64,000 nucleotides of DNA from an uncultured Chloroflexia bacterium (lineage in GTDB: Bacteria; Chloroflexota; Limnocylindria; Limnocylindrales; CSP1-4): the NCBI GenBank assembly GCA_963819655.1, contig CAWFXA010000002.1, forward strand, positions 1,440,001 through 1,504,000, in the 5' to 3' direction. Shown piece by piece: positions 59,898 through 64,000 of this stretch. The notes under the pieces are model-generated. The model ran no database searches, was not told the DNA's origin, and saw nothing but the letters and a program-made list of their open reading frames with translations. Positions within the stretch are counted from its first letter, which is position 1; every line of letters begins with the position of its first letter. A program made the position numbers and the translations under genes.

Positions 59898-62574
59898 GTG
59901 CCCCTCGAGGAATACCGCCGCAAGCGCGACTTCAAGCAGACCCCTGAGCCCGCCCCGGTCACCCAGACGGCGGCCAGCGGCACGAGCGGGCGGTTCGTCG
60001 TCCAGCGCCACCGAGCCACGCGACTCCACTACGACTTCCGGCTCGAGATCGATGGCGTCCTCGTCTCGTGGGCCGTTCCCAAGGGCCCGACCCTCGACTC
60101 CAAGATCAGACGCATGGCCGTCCACGTCGAGGACCACCCGATCGAGTACTTCGACTTCGAAGGGCGTCATCCCGGCCAAGCAGTACGGCGCCGGCGACGT
60201 CATCGTCTGGGACTGGGGGACGTGGGAGCCTGAGGCGCCGACCCTCGACGGACGAAAGAGCGTCGATGACGGCGAGCTCAAGTTCCGCCTCAACGGCCAG
60301 AAGCTCAAGGGCCGGTTCACGATCGTGCGAACGAGCCGCCGCCCCGGGCAGGAACCCACCCGGCCTTCGAGGGCGACCAGGGCGAGCAATGGCTGCTCAT
60401 CCACAAGGCCGACGAGCATGCCAAGGCCGGCTGGGACGCCGAGGATCATCCCGCAGAGCGTCAAGACAGGTCGGACGAACGACGAGGTCAAGGAGAACCG
60501 GGACGCGGTCTGGATCAGCCAGGCGCCGGCCGAGACGGCCGAGATCGATCTCGCGGGGGCGAAGGTCGCGCCGCTGCCCCAGAAGATCGAGCCGATGCTG
60601 GCGACCCTGGCCACCAAACCGTTCGACGATGAGGACTGGCTCTTCGAGATCAAGTGGGACGGGTTCAGGGTCCAGGCGGTCGTCGACGACGGCAAGGTCC
60701 GGATCCTGACGCGGAACCTCAACGACGCGGCGACGTACTTCCCGCGCCTGCTTGGTGCACCCGGCCGCTGGCTCGAGGCGAGCCAGGCCATCATCGATGG
60801 CGAGGTCGTGGCGATCGACGAGGCCGGCAGGCCCGACTTCAGCCTGCTGCAGACCAAGCTCGGGGACAAGGAGGCGAGCGGGCTCCTGTACCAGGCGTTC
60901 GACCTGCTGTACCTCGATGGTCGCTCGTTGCTGGACGTGCCTCTCGAGGATCGAAAGCGGCTGCTGCGGAGCGTGCTGAAGGACCATCCCCGGGTCCGCT
61001 TCGCGTCGCATGTCGTACGCGACGGGAAGGCGTTCTTCGAGGCCGCCGGCGCGATGGGTGTCGAGGGCATGGTCGCCAAGCTCCGCCGGTCGCGGTACGA
61101 GCCGGGCAGGCGCAGCGCTTCCTGGCTCAAGATCAAGATCCGACCGGAGCAGGAGCTGGTGGTCGGTGGCTGGACCCCGGGGAGCGGCAACGCCCGCGAC
61201 CTCGGTGCGATGGCGGTCGGGGTGTTCGAAGACGGCAAGCTGCGGTTCGCCGGCAAGGTCGGCAGTGGCTTCACCGGCGCCATCCGCGCGGACCTGCTCA
61301 AACGCCTCAAGCCGCTGGTCCAGGACGACGCGCCGTTCGACCCCGCGCCGCCCAAGGATTACCGTGGCCGGTGGGGCGGCGATCTCAAGGACATCACCTG
61401 GGTCCGGCCCGAGATCGTGATCCGCGCCGAGATCGGCGGCTGGACACGCGACGGTCAGGTCCGCCAGACGGCCTACAAGGGCATCGAAGCGGACCGTGAC
61501 CCGACGACCGTCGTTCGCGAGACCGCGGTCGCGACGACCACTGCGGTCCGTGCCGCCGAAGCCGCTGAGCCACCGCCACCCGAGGAGGAGCCGATGCCAT
61601 CGAGGTCCGCGACCCCGACCTTCGCCGCCGCCACGCCCGACGAGCTGGAAGCGCTCGATGCCCTCCCCAAGGAAGGCGTCTGGCACATCGGCGGGCGCGA
61701 GCTGAAGCTGACGAATCTGGACAAGCCGCTGTTCGAGGCGGACCCGCCGGTGACCAAGCGCGAGCTCGTCCGCTACTTCGCGACGATCGCGCCGACGATG
61801 CTGCCGCACGTGATCGACCGTCCGTTGAACCTGCAGCGCTTCCCGAACGGCGCCGGGGCGCCCGGGTTCTGGCAGAAGGACATCCCCGAGACGGCGCCGA
61901 AGTGGCTGACGCGCTGGCACGAGACCGGCGTCGACGGCCGCACCGATCGCGATGCCAACGACCACCTGCTCGCGATCGATGCGGCCAGCCTGGCCTGGCT
62001 CGGCAACCAGGCGAGCTTCGAGATCCACGCCTGGACCGGCAAGTTGCCCGAGCCGTGGCAGCCGACGTTCGCGTACATCGACATCGACCCCGGCGAGAAG
62101 ACGACCTGGGAGGAGACACTGACGCTGGCGCGGCTGTACCGGACCGCGCTCGAGCATCTCGGCGTGCGCGGCTACCCGAAGACGACCGGCAAGCGCGGCA
62201 TCCAGATCTGGATCCCGATCGTCCAGGGCAAATACGACTTCGGCGACACGAGCGGCTGGGTCGAGCGCGTCTCGAAGGCGGTCGGCTCGACCGTCCCGGA
62301 TCTCATCTCCTGGGAGTGGTCGAAGGGGGCGCGCAAGGGCCGCGCCCGGCTCGACTACACCCAGAACGCGTCGATCAAGACGCTGGTGGCGCCGTATTCC
62401 GTCCGGCCGGCGCCCGGCGCTCCCGTCAGCACACCGATCTCATGGGACGAGCTCGACGACCCCGAGCTTCGTCCGGACCGTTGGACGATCCGGACCCTGC
62501 CCGAGCGTGTGGCGAAGGTCGGCGACCTGTTCGCCGCCGCGCAGACCGACGCGCAGGAGCTGCCGCCGGTCTGA
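59898..62574 (+). CDS. ligD: NHEJ DNA ligase D (phosphoesterase-ligase-polymerase order); indels near 60160, 60360 and 60450
   Basis: YRRKRDF..TPEP, HYDFRLE, EDHP; [22 protein letters not shown]; [23 protein letters not shown]. Confidence 0.93.
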
Positions 62575-62588
62575 GCGCGGCCAGTGGG

Positions 62589-63048
62589 TCAGCTGACGTC
62601 GAAGTCGGCGCGCATGCCCTGCGCGTAGTGCGTTTCGATGTTGCACAGCAGGACGTAATGACCCGCGTCCAGGTCGACCGCCAGCGTCGGCGTCGCAGCG
62701 AGGGCGATGTTCTCGATCTCGTCGACCGGGGTCAGTGTCGTTTCGTCGATCTTGTGGTCGACGACCGGCAGGGCGTCGGCCTTCAGGTCGGTCTTGACGA
62801 CGACGAACTCGTGCAGCTGGGTCCCCGCGTTCTTGACCGCGAAGGTGACCGGACCAGCCGACCCGGTCGCGGGCGACGGCACGACCTTCCACTCGCTGAG
62901 CTCGACAGCGACCTGGCCGCCGGCCGCGGCGGAGGCCGACGCGGCGGCTCGACGGCGAGGCCGCCGTCCCGCCGCAGCCCGCCGCGACCAATCCGACTGT
63001 GAGCGTCACCACGAGCACAAGCGACGACGATCTGGGCATTCGAGGCAT
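62589..63048 (-). CDS. Cupredoxin (type-1 copper) lipoprotein; frameshift near 62950
   Basis: AAGC lipobox; HEFVV and CNIETHYAQGM (His, Cys, His, Met copper ligands). Confidence 0.8.
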
Positions 63049-63118
63049 GCCTCACCTACATGGTCAATTGGTGGCCCTGGGGGCGGGATTCTACTGCTGG
63101 CCACCACGCCACGAGTAC

Positions 63119-64000
63119 TCAGACCAGGCTGACCTCGTCGACCCACTTGACCCAGTCGAGGCCGCGGTGGTCCGGGACGACGAGTCGGCACGGAGCGCCG
63201 TTTTCGACCGGAAGCGGCTGGCCGGCCACCGCGGTCGCCAGCAACGCGGATGCCGCCTCGTCCGCGCTGAGGATCGTCGACCACCCGGTGATCGAGCGGA
63301 CCCGGATGCTGCCGCGCGCGGGGATCGTCAGCAGTCTCGCGAGGGGCACGCCTCGCCAGATCGTCTCGAGCACCCAACCCGAGGTGCAGTCGAGGACGGC
63401 CGTCATGTCCACCTCGCCGAGCGCCTGCAGCTCGTCGAGTGCCAGCGATCGACTCTGACCACCGTTTCCGATCACGGTCAAGCGCCACGCCCCGTGGTCG
63501 ATGGACGGTGCTCCTTCGCCGAAGAACGTGGTCGATGGCGGGATCCCGCCAGATGGCAGCCAGCGAGATCCCGTGAACCGTCGCGTCCCGCCTCGAAGCC
63601 GATCGGCGAGGGAAGTCACGCCGAACGCCGCGACGCCCGCGATCGCGAGCCCGCCAGTCGCGAGCAACGTCCGCCGCGATATCCCGTTCCGTGGCGGGAT
63701 GGTGATGACTCGCCACCGGCGCGGCAGCAGGTGGAATGCGACCAGCGGCACCAGGACCAGGCCCAGCCAGGCGTGGAGCGTCAGCACCGTCCACGACCCG
63801 ACCGTCAGCGGCTCGCCGGCCGCGACCCACAGGAAGCCGCCCGTCAACGCACCGACGGCGAGCAGCGTGACGCCGAGCGCCAGGCCGAGGCGCCCCCACC
63901 GTTTCGCGACCACCGCCCGCGGCACCGATCGCCTCAGCTTCCAGGCCGTCGCCGCGAGCAACGCACCGCCGAGCAGGCCGTGCAGCGTGAAGACCCAGCC
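63119..64000 (-). CDS. Membrane-bound molybdopterin-dependent oxidoreductase (sulfite oxidase family); 5' end beyond the window
   Basis: TM helices with His, LDCTSGW, W.GVPL, NGAPCRLVVP, WVKWV. Confidence 0.82.
   Translation of the reverse strand, partial: GWVFTLHGLLGGALLAATAWKLRRSVPRAVVAKRWGRLGLALGVTLLAVGALTGGFLWVAAGEPLTVGSWTVLTLHAWLGLVLVPLVAFHLLPRRWRVITIPPRNGISRRTLLATGGLAIAGVAAFGVTSLADRLRGGTRRFTGSRWLPSGGIPPSTTFFGEGAPSIDHGAWRLTVIGNGGQSRSLALDELQALGEVDMTAVLDCTSGWVLETIWRGVPLARLLTIPARGSIRVRSITGWSTILSADEAASALLATAVAGQPLPVENGAPCRLVVPDHRGLDWVKWVDEVSLV

Noticed and set aside
59237-60019. Minus-strand ORF with an internal repeat
   Set aside because: It is just the translation of the 213-bp DNA duplication, overlaps DUF2164 and ligD, and has no protein-like features.

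Overview
This is a GC-rich, gene-dense bacterial chromosomal window. Gene content and architecture suggest a Chloroflexota, probably Limnocylindria/Ellin6529-like; that assignment is inference. It carries about 57 CDS and one tRNA-His. I saw no rRNA, CRISPR array, integrase or recognisable transposase. From left to right the main blocks are: NAD salvage and sugar ABC genes (1-5.2 kb); an amide/amine-utilisation cluster (Tat MBL hydrolase, acetamidase, APC permease, and a glutamine-synthetase-like ligase overlapping a papain/phytochelatin-synthase-like protein); tRNA-His; an ECF sigma/anti-sigma pair; ppk2; pgm and an SDR flanked by two paralogous coiled-coil genes with matching promoters; an ABC exporter; bioY; DUF4331 plus a TPR protein; a SorC-regulated FGGY kinase + NitT/TauT ABC operon; a purine-catabolism cluster (guaD, xanthine dehydrogenase subunits, uraD, pucL, aceB, cyclic amidohydrolase, DUF3830, uraH); two secreted subtilases around a coiled-coil nuclease-like gene; and NHEJ ku/ligD. 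About 11 genes carry single-base frameshifts, most likely long-read indel errors. The most unusual signals are non-coding: several sequence-unrelated 140-170 bp inverted-repeat modules, two XRE-HTH genes embedded in or abutting such repeats (one fused to a PD-(D/E)xK-like domain), and a 213-bp tandem duplication between ku and ligD. There is also pervasive leaderless-type -10 spacing and CTG-start translational coupling.
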